IMG/VR virus record: IMGVR_UViG_3300037249_001000
Coordinates: 64,001 to 128,000 of that record
Reading direction: 5' to 3' (one strand)
Source: a virus
Lineage: Duplodnaviria > Caudoviricetes
DNA: 64,000 nt
Made by a program: the position numbers and the translations under genes. Positions 10,408-18,474 of this stretch are shown in pieces. Position 1 is the stretch's first letter. The number at the start of each line of letters is the position of its first letter. The notes beneath the pieces were generated by a model. The model saw only the letters and a list, made by a program, of their open reading frames with translations. It searched no databases and was not told where the DNA came from.

Positions 10408-11604
10408 ATGGGTATTGAATTAAATAAAGAACAAATTTATGCAGTATACCAAGGTGAGTCTTGGTTTAGAAGTCAAACAAATCAAGTATTTGAAATTTCT
10501 GGTCCTGCCGGAAGTGGTAAGACTACTTTAATTTTATATTTAATAGAGCAACTTGGTTTAGATTTAGACCAAGTATTATTTGTAGCATATATGGGTAAAG
10601 CTGCTTGTAGAATGGCTTTAAATGGTCTACCTGCTAAAACAATTCACTCTGCTATATATAAATATGAAAAAGTTATAGCAAGAGATGAAGATGGAAAAAT
10701 AATTTATACAGAAAACGGAAAAGTTAAAAAAGTAGGAAAATTTGTTTTAAAAGATAGAATAGGAAAAGGGATAAAATTAATTGTATTAGACGAGGGTTCT
10801 ATGGTAAATGAAGAAATTGCTACTGATTTATTATCATTTGGCATTCCTACAATTGTATTGGGAGATTTAAATCAGTTACCACCTGTTTTTGGTAAACCTT
10901 ATTTTCTTAGAGAACCTGATGTTATATTAAAACAAGTTATGAGACAAAATGAGGGTAATCCAATAATTTATCTATCTCAACAAGTTTTAAATGATAAAAG
11001 ATTAAATATTGGTGTTTATGGTTCTTCTGAAATAATTCCTAAAAGTGAAATAAAAGATTCTCATTTTTCTAAAGCTAGTATTGTTTTAACTGAAACAAAT
11101 AGACTTAGATGGAATATTAATAATTTCTTTAGGGAAGAACTTCGTGGCTATAAACAATTAGATTATCCTCATATAGGTGAAAAAGTTATATGTAGAAAAA
11201 ATAATTGGTCACGTTGTGTTGATAATGGAATTTATTTAACTAATGGAATGTGTGGTTTTGTTGATGATATCTTTAAAGATACATATAATAAAAAAACAAT
11301 GACAATGGATTTTAGACCTGATTTTACTAAATCGGTATTTAGAAATGTTACTTTCAATTATCCTTATATGTATGCTATACCATCGTCGGTATTAGAAGAA
11401 GAATTACAAGAAATACAAAATTATGATATATTTAATGATAGGTTTGAATATGGATATGCTATAACTACACATTTATCTCAAGGAAGCCAATATCAAAAAG
11501 TTTTATATCTAAATGAAAATATGATGAGAACAAAAGAAGATAGAAGACGTTTATCGTATACAGCTATAACTAGGGCAATTAATTCAATTACTATAGTTGT
11601 GTGA
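10408..11604 (+). CDS. Dda/RecD-like SF1B DNA helicase
   Basis: GPAGSGKT, TIHS, DEGSM, GDLNQLPPV, YAITTHLSQGSQY, YTAITRA. Confidence 0.93.
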   Translation: MGIELNKEQIYAVYQGESWFRSQTNQVFEISGPAGSGKTTLILYLIEQLGLDLDQVLFVAYMGKAACRMALNGLPAKTIHSAIYKYEKVIARDEDGKIIYTENGKVKKVGKFVLKDRIGKGIKLIVLDEGSMVNEEIATDLLSFGIPTIVLGDLNQLPPVFGKPYFLREPDVILKQVMRQNEGNPIIYLSQQVLNDKRLNIGVYGSSEIIPKSEIKDSHFSKASIVLTETNRLRWNINNFFREELRGYKQLDYPHIGEKVICRKNNWSRCVDNGIYLTNGMCGFVDDIFKDTYNKKTMTMDFRPDFTKSVFRNVTFNYPYMYAIPSSVLEEELQEIQNYDIFNDRFEYGYAITTHLSQGSQYQKVLYLNENMMRTKEDRRRLSYTAITRAINSITIVV

Positions 11605-11665
11605 ATATTTATATACTATTATTTTGTAGTAAAATATAATTTTATACTAAAAGGAGAGAATAAAA

Positions 11666-12265
11666 ATGTTATTGTATTCAATCAATCAAACAACCTTGCA
11701 CATTTCAACAAAAGATGGTGATGTTGAAAGAATACCAAAAGATTTTTTCTATGATAATTTTAGAAATAGTCGTTTGAAAAAATCAATTAATGAAATATGT
11801 ATTAGTGGAAAAATAAGTGGAATTGGAGAATCTGCATTTAGGAATCTTCCAAATTTAAAAATTGTTAGACTTATACCAGACATTATTTGTAACATAGCTA
11901 GCAATGCGTTTTCTGATAATATGCAGCTACTTAATGTTGAAATGAATAATAATATTTTATCACTTGGACCATCATCGTTTGAGCATTGTCCTAGTTTGAT
12001 AAATGTTAAATTTTCAGAAAGTTTAGTTATTATAGGTCATAGAGCATTTGCTGATGATGTATCATTACATTATAAGAATATTAATATTCCTTATACACTT
12101 AACTTTTGTGATGAAAGTGCATTTGACGGATCATCTATCGATATGAGCGTTTATTTAGAAGATATACACCGTAGTGTACGTTGCAGAAATGAATCTATTA
12201 ATACAACAACACCTGCAGGTTTACACTATAAAGAAGTAAGTAAATATAAGAGAGAGGTTAATTAA
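11666..12265 (+). CDS. BspA-type leucine-rich repeat protein
   Basis: repeated IGESAF/IASNAF/IGHRAF units. Confidence 0.75.
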   Translation: MLLYSINQTTLHISTKDGDVERIPKDFFYDNFRNSRLKKSINEICISGKISGIGESAFRNLPNLKIVRLIPDIICNIASNAFSDNMQLLNVEMNNNILSLGPSSFEHCPSLINVKFSESLVIIGHRAFADDVSLHYKNINIPYTLNFCDESAFDGSSIDMSVYLEDIHRSVRCRNESINTTTPAGLHYKEVSKYKREVN

Positions 12266-12266
12266 T

Positions 12267-12599
12267 ATGGCTAATAATAGAAACACGTATCAGCAAACAT
12301 ATAATGTTTCAGTTCCTAAAGCTGAATTGTTAGATTTTGTAGTATATAATCAAGAACTAAATAAAAAAGACTATAAAATCTTTTTAATGCTTTTAACTGA
12401 ACTGGATGGATATTCTAAATCATCAAACAGTAAAGAAGACCCGAGGAATTTTACAAAAATTGATACAGAGCAAATATCAACAAAGCTTTGTATCGATGAA
12501 TCCGATGTAAAGAAGTCAATTAAAAAATTGACTAAAGAAGGTATTATTGAAAAAGGTAATACAACGAATATGAAAAATGGGTATAGATTTAGATTTTAA
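12267..12599 (+). CDS. winged-helix DNA-binding protein
   Basis: ISTKLCIDESDVKKSIKKLTKEGII wHTH pattern. Confidence 0.65.
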   Translation: MANNRNTYQQTYNVSVPKAELLDFVVYNQELNKKDYKIFLMLLTELDGYSKSSNSKEDPRNFTKIDTEQISTKLCIDESDVKKSIKKLTKEGIIEKGNTTNMKNGYRFRF

Positions 12600-12619
12600 T
12601 GTGAAAGGATAAATAAATA

Positions 12620-13039
12620 ATGAAACAATATCATTCATTTAGTAACTTTAGTAAGGGATATTACCTCATGAATATACTTAGTAATATATCAAAACTCTCT
12701 AAACAAAAAACTTTATATGACATAGATGATCAACTCAAGACTAAAATTGAAAAGTTCTTAGTTATAATGAATTTAGATTATTATAATGATTATTACAACA
12801 CTAAAGCCATGATTTCCATAATCATGCGAATACTAAATAAACGATTGTCTGAAGAGCTACCTAATGATATAAAAGACAAATATTTATCTTTAAGAAAACT
12901 AATAGCCCTTCACCAACGTGTTATGTGTAGTCTAGAGTTAGAAAGAATAAATAAATATACTGAACTATATGGTCAAAATTCAATTAGAGAATTATCAAAT
13001 GATATTGAAAACTATCTTGAGTTATTACAAAATATTTAA
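12620..13039 (+). CDS. hypothetical protein (likely paralog of 13061)
   Basis: ORF with RBS; weak similarity to the next ORF. Confidence 0.7.
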   Translation: MKQYHSFSNFSKGYYLMNILSNISKLSKQKTLYDIDDQLKTKIEKFLVIMNLDYYNDYYNTKAMISIIMRILNKRLSEELPNDIKDKYLSLRKLIALHQRVMCSLELERINKYTELYGQNSIRELSNDIENYLELLQNI

Positions 13040-13060
13040 AAATAAAAGGAGATAATAATT

Positions 13061-13669
13061 ATGGAAAACAAAGATTTAGAAAAAGTAGTGGTTGAAAATA
13101 ATGATCATAAAGATATGTATATTAAAAGAGTAATTGACGAAGATCCCAATCGTATTGATATGGTTGCAGCAGACATATTGTTGTCGATTGAAAACTTAAA
13201 AAGTAGACATATTTCATTCCAAGCATTATCTATTTCCTATCTTCAAGTTGCAAATGAAATTAAAGAATTTTTAGATTGTATTGGTTTAAGATATAACCGC
13301 CTTTTATTAGGATATGCATATAACCAATATGAAGTTAATGATCCTGGGGTAGATATTTCTGAAATAATAGCATTTCTCAGTAAATGCTATAATGATGATA
13401 AGTTTACTACTGATGAACAATACAAGTTTAATGCTAGTGTAAAATATCTTATATACTATCATCAATTAATTCATAACCAATGTAGATCTGATCTTTATAA
13501 ATATTTTAAATCTGAATCTAATGTAATAGATAGATTAATGAAATTAAGAGATAATCTAAATTCATTAATTGAGAACCATGGTGAAGAACTTAAGAACTAT
13601 AGTGAAGAACTTACTCAAATGGTTCTAAGTTCAAAACAGATATTGAAAAATAATACTGAAAACATGTGA
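13061..13669 (+). CDS. hypothetical protein
   Basis: AAGGAG RBS; C-terminus LSSKQILKN shared with the next ORF. Confidence 0.75.
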   Translation: MENKDLEKVVVENNDHKDMYIKRVIDEDPNRIDMVAADILLSIENLKSRHISFQALSISYLQVANEIKEFLDCIGLRYNRLLLGYAYNQYEVNDPGVDISEIIAFLSKCYNDDKFTTDEQYKFNASVKYLIYYHQLIHNQCRSDLYKYFKSESNVIDRLMKLRDNLNSLIENHGEELKNYSEELTQMVLSSKQILKNNTENM

Positions 13670-13762
13670 ACCTAATATAGAGTTATATGTTTAGTTATAT
13701 ATTATTAAGTTGATATGAATATATTATTCATAAATATTTTTAATTTAAAGGAGATAATAATT

Positions 13763-14101
13763 ATGGCAATTTTCTTTCAACCCTCAGAAGACGATGTAAA
13801 GGTACTTAAGGAGAAGAGTGGAATTTCATTCCCACCATCACTCGAAGACTTTGAGATACTTACGGAAAGGTATAACATGGTTAAGGAGAACATTGATAAC
13901 CTTGATACAATGGACTTTTCAAGTGAGATTAAAGGTAGTTTTCGAATGATTTTCGATTTAATCTCTAAAGATTATAAGGAGATCGAAAGATGTGTTTCCG
14001 AGAATGAAGACTGTATAGTCCTTAAATACAGAGACGTTTATAAACGACTTGGCGAACTGATTCAATTAATGCTTAGTTCAAAACAGTTGTTGAAAAATTA
14101 A
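13763..14101 (+). CDS. hypothetical early protein
   Basis: TATATTAT at 13698, AAGGAG RBS, C-terminus LSSKQLLKN. Confidence 0.75.
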   Translation: MAIFFQPSEDDVKVLKEKSGISFPPSLEDFEILTERYNMVKENIDNLDTMDFSSEIKGSFRMIFDLISKDYKEIERCVSENEDCIVLKYRDVYKRLGELIQLMLSSKQLLKN

Positions 14102-14204
14102 TTATTAATAACAATCAATAAAGTTCATTTTAAAGTTGTCCATAAAAATAAAGTGAAATTAAATTATAACCATTAGTTATATAAATTTCACTTTATTTTT
14201 TTAC

Positions 14205-14250
14205 CCGTATTTTTAATATATATATTGATATATTATTTTTGTGTCATAAT
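14205..14250 (+). promoter_or_regulatory. early (virion RNAP) promoter block containing TATATTAT
   Basis: CCGTATTTTTAATATA...GATATATTATTTTTGTGTCATAAT; the core TATATTAT recurs before at least 17 genes and resembles the phiKZ early consensus TATATTAC. Confidence 0.75.
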
Positions 14251-14280
14251 ATAAAAATATATAAAAAGGAGGATAAGATT

Positions 14281-14487
14281 ATGACAGGATTTGAATATGG
14301 AAGGAGATTTGAAGGTTTTGATCCTTCAAATAACCAGGAGAAAATTAAAATTGTGACAGTTGTCATTGATGGTAGGAGGGTTGCTATTCCGGAGGAGCAA
14401 ATCCTTAGAGCATTTGCTCCTAAAAAGAAAAAAGAAGAATCGTGGATTCCAGAGAAAGCTTCTACTGAGGAGTTCTGGAAAAAGTAA
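14281..14487 (+). CDS. small standalone early protein
   Basis: AAGGAGG RBS, own promoter and terminator; 68 aa. Confidence 0.75.
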   Translation: MTGFEYGRRFEGFDPSNNQEKIKIVTVVIDGRRVAIPEEQILRAFAPKKKKEESWIPEKASTEEFWKK

Positions 14488-14495
14488 TAATAAAA

Positions 14496-14538
14496 GAGAG
14501 TTAAGAAAGGAGGTGAAAACCAACTCTCTTTTTTTTTA
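14496..14538 (+). terminator. terminator hairpin containing AGAAAGGAGGTGA
   Basis: GAGAGTT...AACTCTC plus T-run; near-identical copy at 17117. Confidence 0.75.
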
Positions 14539-14587
14539 TTTGTCTTAAAACTTTTTAATAAATTCATAATTAGGAGGAAATAATATT

Positions 14588-15394
14588 ATGGGTAAAAATT
14601 TTTTAATTGATGCATTAAGAACAGCTAATCCTAAATCATCTATGTTTACAGGTGATGCTTCTGTTTTATCTTATAAAACAGGATTTCCTATTTTAGATTA
14701 TTATTTAGGTTACTTAGTTAATGTACATGATGAGAACAATCAGATTGTAGAACAATATCCAAGTATTGGTATTGCCGCAGGTTGTTATCTTACATTTATA
14801 GGTAAGCCATCTACAGGTAAAACAACATTTGCTGTTCAAGTTGCGTCTAATATTGTAAGACCATTTGATAATGGTTCTGTGATTCATTATGACCTTGAAA
14901 AAGCAATGAACTATTCAAGAATTCAAATTCTTTCTAAGTTTAATATGAAAGAAATGAATGAGGGAAAATATATACTTAAACAAGAGAAAACATCTATTCA
15001 GGATATTAAATCTGCTATTATGCAAATTTATAAAGAGAAAACAAGAAATCCTGAATTGTATAAGTATAGTACAGGAAAGAAAAATGAATTTGGTGATGAA
15101 ATTTTTTTATATGAACCAACGGTTGTTATCATTGATTCTATTCCTATGCTTAGTTCTGCTATAAATGAGAATGATAAAAAAGAAGCAGCTAAACTTGAAG
15201 AAATTTCATCACAAACCGATAGAATGAGACTAACTGCTGAAATAGGAAGATTTTATTCAGAACTTCAGCAGTATATTAAAGAAGCAAATATAATAGTTAT
15301 TTCCATTAATCAGATTAAAACTAACCCTGACATGGGTATTGTTAAATCACCATCTGAAATCCTTTATTTGAGTACTAACGAATCTCTGCCTGGT
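14588..15394 (+). CDS. recA: RecA/UvsX recombinase, exon 1
   Basis: Walker A GKPSTGKT, Walker B VVIIDSI, INQ; spliced SLPG|GKAPQF matches RecA TPGGKALKF; about 410 aa in total. Confidence 0.9.
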
Positions 15395-15787
15395 AAACAA
15401 ATCTGCCACAAAATAGCGTAAGCTATTGGACAAACTCTCCTAATTACTGGGAACTTCTATTAATAGGACAATCAGTAACGAAGTATCTTACTACGATAAG
15501 ATATGTGTTCAACGACTATCGGAAGCTATACAATCATATAGAAATGTATGATTTGAGAATAGTGTGAGTTGAAATACTTGCATGAAGTGAGTAGAGTAAC
15601 GCCCAAGTTATTGGGGTTGGTAGTTAGATGAGATTAGTCTAACATAAACCCATTAAAGTGAAACGGAGAGCTCCAGTATATTTGGTAACAGAATATATTG
15701 GATGAAGATATAGTCTGAACGTTTATAGAAATATAAAGAAAGTATTTATACTTGTATGAGTCTAACGAACTCGTATTAACATTTTTG
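15395..15787 (+). mobile_element. group I intron (IA-like, no ORF) in recA
   Basis: P1 UGGU/GCCA, core UUCAACGACUA...GAAGAUAUAGUC, terminal G, frame restored; extensive identity with the beta-N and dnaB introns. Confidence 0.9.
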
Positions 15788-16213
15788 GGAAAGGCTCCGC
15801 AATTCCTTGCAAACTATTTATTTAAATTTGTTGCAGTTGGTGGTGAAAAATTTACAGATGAAGATGATGGTTTTGATGGTTTTGGTTTAAAGATGCTTAT
15901 TGTTAAATCAAGAACAAATCAAGCTGGTCAGACAATTCATTTGCTATATGATAAAGTAAGAGGAGTAGATTCTCTACGTTCCTCTGTTGAATACTCAAAA
16001 GAACAAGGATATTTGAATGGAAATAAAAATGGATATTATTTTGTAGACGATAAAGAAAATAAGTTTACAAAAAAGAATATGCATGAAGATTTTAAGAATA
16101 ATAAAGAACTTTATAAAAAATTATATTCTTTAATTATTCCTGAATTAACAGAGAGATTATCAGCTATTAGTGTAGAAGAAATGGAAATAGTCGATGATGA
16201 AATGGATTATTAA
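15788..16213 (+). CDS. recA: RecA/UvsX recombinase, exon 2
   Basis: GKAPQFLA...IVKSRTN...LYDKVRGVD, RecA C-terminal core. Confidence 0.88.
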   Translation, partial: GKAPQFLANYLFKFVAVGGEKFTDEDDGFDGFGLKMLIVKSRTNQAGQTIHLLYDKVRGVDSLRSSVEYSKEQGYLNGNKNGYYFVDDKENKFTKKNMHEDFKNNKELYKKLYSLIIPELTERLSAISVEEMEIVDDEMDY

Positions 16214-16226
16214 GGAGAGAATAAAA

Positions 16227-16676
16227 GTGCCAGTTATAGATTTAAGAGAAAATAAAGGTAATATGACTATACCTGGAATAGTTCCAAAACCACATGTAGA
16301 AGATGATTCTATAAAATATAAAAATATTAGACAGCTACCATCTAGTAATAACGATCAAGCAAAAATTATAATAAATATAGTTTACAAAAACTTTTCTGAA
16401 TTATTTGAATTATCTCAATATAATAATACAGAAATTCCACAAAAAATATATAAAGAATATCATGAAATTGTTTATTTATTAATAACACATAGAAGAAATG
16501 GTTGGGATTATTATTTTAATACAATTAATGGATATGGAAGAGATAGATTAGATGACTTTAATGAAGAATTACTTAAAGGTATAGATGCATTTAAAAATGA
16601 TGATTTGTTTAATAATATGGTAAATCTTGATAATTTAATTAAGGATAAAATTGTATATAATGGTGTAAAAGACTAA
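16227..16676 (+). CDS. hypothetical protein
   Basis: GTG start after AAGGAG; followed by a hairpin at 16680-16714. Confidence 0.65.
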   Translation: MPVIDLRENKGNMTIPGIVPKPHVEDDSIKYKNIRQLPSSNNDQAKIIINIVYKNFSELFELSQYNNTEIPQKIYKEYHEIVYLLITHRRNGWDYYFNTINGYGRDRLDDFNEELLKGIDAFKNDDLFNNMVNLDNLIKDKIVYNGVKD

Positions 16677-16793
16677 ATGAAATACGGATAATAAATATTA
16701 TTTATTATCCGTATTTTTAATATATATATATTGATATATTATTTTTGTGTATATGAAATTTCATAGAAAAATAAAAACAAGGAGGTAAAAACT

Positions 16794-17108
16794 ATGAAAT
16801 ATACAACAATTGCATTCCTCATGAAAGTGAGGAATACATATAAAAGAAATAAAACAAGTAGAGAGAATTTTCTGCCTATTTGGGCAGATAAATTGTTACA
16901 AGATATCGGAAACATGGAGGACGTGTCCGATGAGTTCATTAACTTCATGAGCATAGTGGTTCAAAAGGGGAGTCCTTTATGGAATCCCCTTAAGGATTCA
17001 ATAATTGATTCAGATAATCCCAATCCTTACATGGAGTGGGAGTATGATGATATTATTATACCAGGGGGGATACCAGGTTTCCTGTATCCATTCTGTTTGT
17101 TGATGTAG
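16794..17108 (+). CDS. small standalone early protein
   Basis: TATATTAT at 16735, AAGGAGGT RBS, own terminator. Confidence 0.75.
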   Translation: MKYTTIAFLMKVRNTYKRNKTSRENFLPIWADKLLQDIGNMEDVSDEFINFMSIVVQKGSPLWNPLKDSIIDSDNPNPYMEWEYDDIIIPGGIPGFLYPFCLLM

Positions 17109-17116
17109 GAGAAGAG

Positions 17117-17157
17117 GAGAGTTGTGAAAGGAGGTGAAAACCAACTCTCTTTTTTTA
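17117..17157 (+). terminator. terminator hairpin containing GAAAGGAGGTGA
   Basis: GAGAGTTG...CAACTCTC plus T-run; copy of 14496. Confidence 0.75.
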
Positions 17158-17201
17158 TTTTTTTATAGTTATATATAATTTAGGTATACATATTAAATAT
17201 T

Positions 17202-17265
17202 CGGAGAGCAACACTCCTACGACTAATTAAAGTTGCAGTCACCCAAGACGTTAAAATGGGAGAAA
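17202..17265 (+). ncRNA. conserved structured 5' leader (putative tandem pseudoknots), copy 1
   Basis: 60/64 identical to 62219-62282(-); pairings GGAG/CTCC, GCAAC/GTTGC, GTC/GAC, CCCA/TGGG. Confidence 0.6.
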
Positions 17266-17276
17266 CGGAGATTATT

Positions 17277-18350
17277 ATGATTAGACATTATGAAGGAAAA
17301 TTAGGAGTATTTGATTATGATGATACTGAATGGGAAATTACAGAAACTGGTAGTAATCCTTATACACATGGTCGCTGTAAAGAAAGTCTTCGCTATATTG
17401 GAGATAAAGTTGAAGGTGAAGATATTATAATTCCCTTTGGAGTTAGTGATTGCTCTTATATGTTTGCAGGGTGCACATCTCTCACAACAGCACCTACGAT
17501 TCCTGAAGGAGTTAGTGATTGTGACTGCATGTTTATGGGGTGTACATCTCTTACAACAGCACCGATTATTCCAGATGGAGTAAGAGCTTGTTCAAGTATG
17601 TTTCATGGGTGTACATCTCTTACAACAGCACCTACGATTCCTGAAGGAGTTAGAGACTGTTGGGCAATGTTTAAGGGGTGCACATCTCTCACAACAGCAC
17701 CTACGATTCCTGAAGGAGTTACTGTTTGTGAATGCATGTTTATGCGGTGTACATCTCTTACAACAGCACCTACGATTCCTGAAGGAGTTAGAGAGTGTTG
17801 GGCAATGTTTGCAGGGTGCACATCTCTCACAACAGCACCTATAATTTCCAAAGGAGTTACTGTTTGTGAATGCATGTTTATGCGGTGTACATCTCTTACA
17901 ACAGTACCTATGATTCCTGAAGAAGTTGTAGACTGTTGGGCAATGTTTAAGGGGTGCACATCTCTCACAACAGCACCTACGATTCCTGAAGGAGTTATTA
18001 ATTGCTCTTATATGTTTGATGGGTGCACATCTCTCACAACAGCACCTACGATTCCTGAAGGAGTTATTGATTGTGACTGCATGTTTTGTGACTGTTCATC
18101 TCTTACAACAGCACCTCAAATTCCCGAAGGAGTTACAGATTGTTCATGGATGTTTAAGGGGTGCACATCTCTCACAACAGCACCTCAAATTCCCACAGGA
18201 GTTAGTGATTGCTCTTATATGTTTGCAGGGTGCACATCTCTCACAACAGCACCTACGATTCCTGAAGGAGTTATTAATTGCTCTTATATGTTTGCAGGGT
18301 GCACATCTCTCACAACAGCACCTGAAATTCCTGAAGCATACACATACTAA
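17277..18350 (+). CDS. BspA/DUF285-like 23-aa tandem repeat (LRR) protein
   Basis: 13 units IPEGVxxCxxMFxGCTSLTTAPx; start placed after GGAG RBS. Confidence 0.85.
   Translation: MIRHYEGKLGVFDYDDTEWEITETGSNPYTHGRCKESLRYIGDKVEGEDIIIPFGVSDCSYMFAGCTSLTTAPTIPEGVSDCDCMFMGCTSLTTAPIIPDGVRACSSMFHGCTSLTTAPTIPEGVRDCWAMFKGCTSLTTAPTIPEGVTVCECMFMRCTSLTTAPTIPEGVRECWAMFAGCTSLTTAPIISKGVTVCECMFMRCTSLTTVPMIPEEVVDCWAMFKGCTSLTTAPTIPEGVINCSYMFDGCTSLTTAPTIPEGVIDCDCMFCDCSSLTTAPQIPEGVTDCSWMFKGCTSLTTAPQIPTGVSDCSYMFAGCTSLTTAPTIPEGVINCSYMFAGCTSLTTAPEIPEAYTY
17430..18335 (+). repeat. 69-bp coding tandem repeat, about 13 copies
   Basis: ACATCTCT(C/T)ACAACAGCACC recurs every 69 bp. Confidence 0.95.
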
Positions 18351-18355
18351 TAATA

Positions 18356-18400
18356 AAGTTGTACAGATAATAGATTTATTTCTATTATCTGTACAACTTT
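18356..18400 (+). terminator. hairpin terminator
   Basis: AAGTTGTACAGATAATAGA...TCTATTATCTGTACAACTT. Confidence 0.75.
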
Positions 18401-18474
18401 TGTTTAAAACTTACTTTGATTATATATTATTTTTTTGTTTTGAAAATGTATTTTAATAAAAAGGAGATAATAAT

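Noticed and set aside
17430-18335. CRISPR array or DGR template/variable repeats
   Set aside because: The units are in-frame coding repeats with reused rather than unique variable parts; the changes are not adenine-specific; no cas or reverse transcriptase gene is in the window
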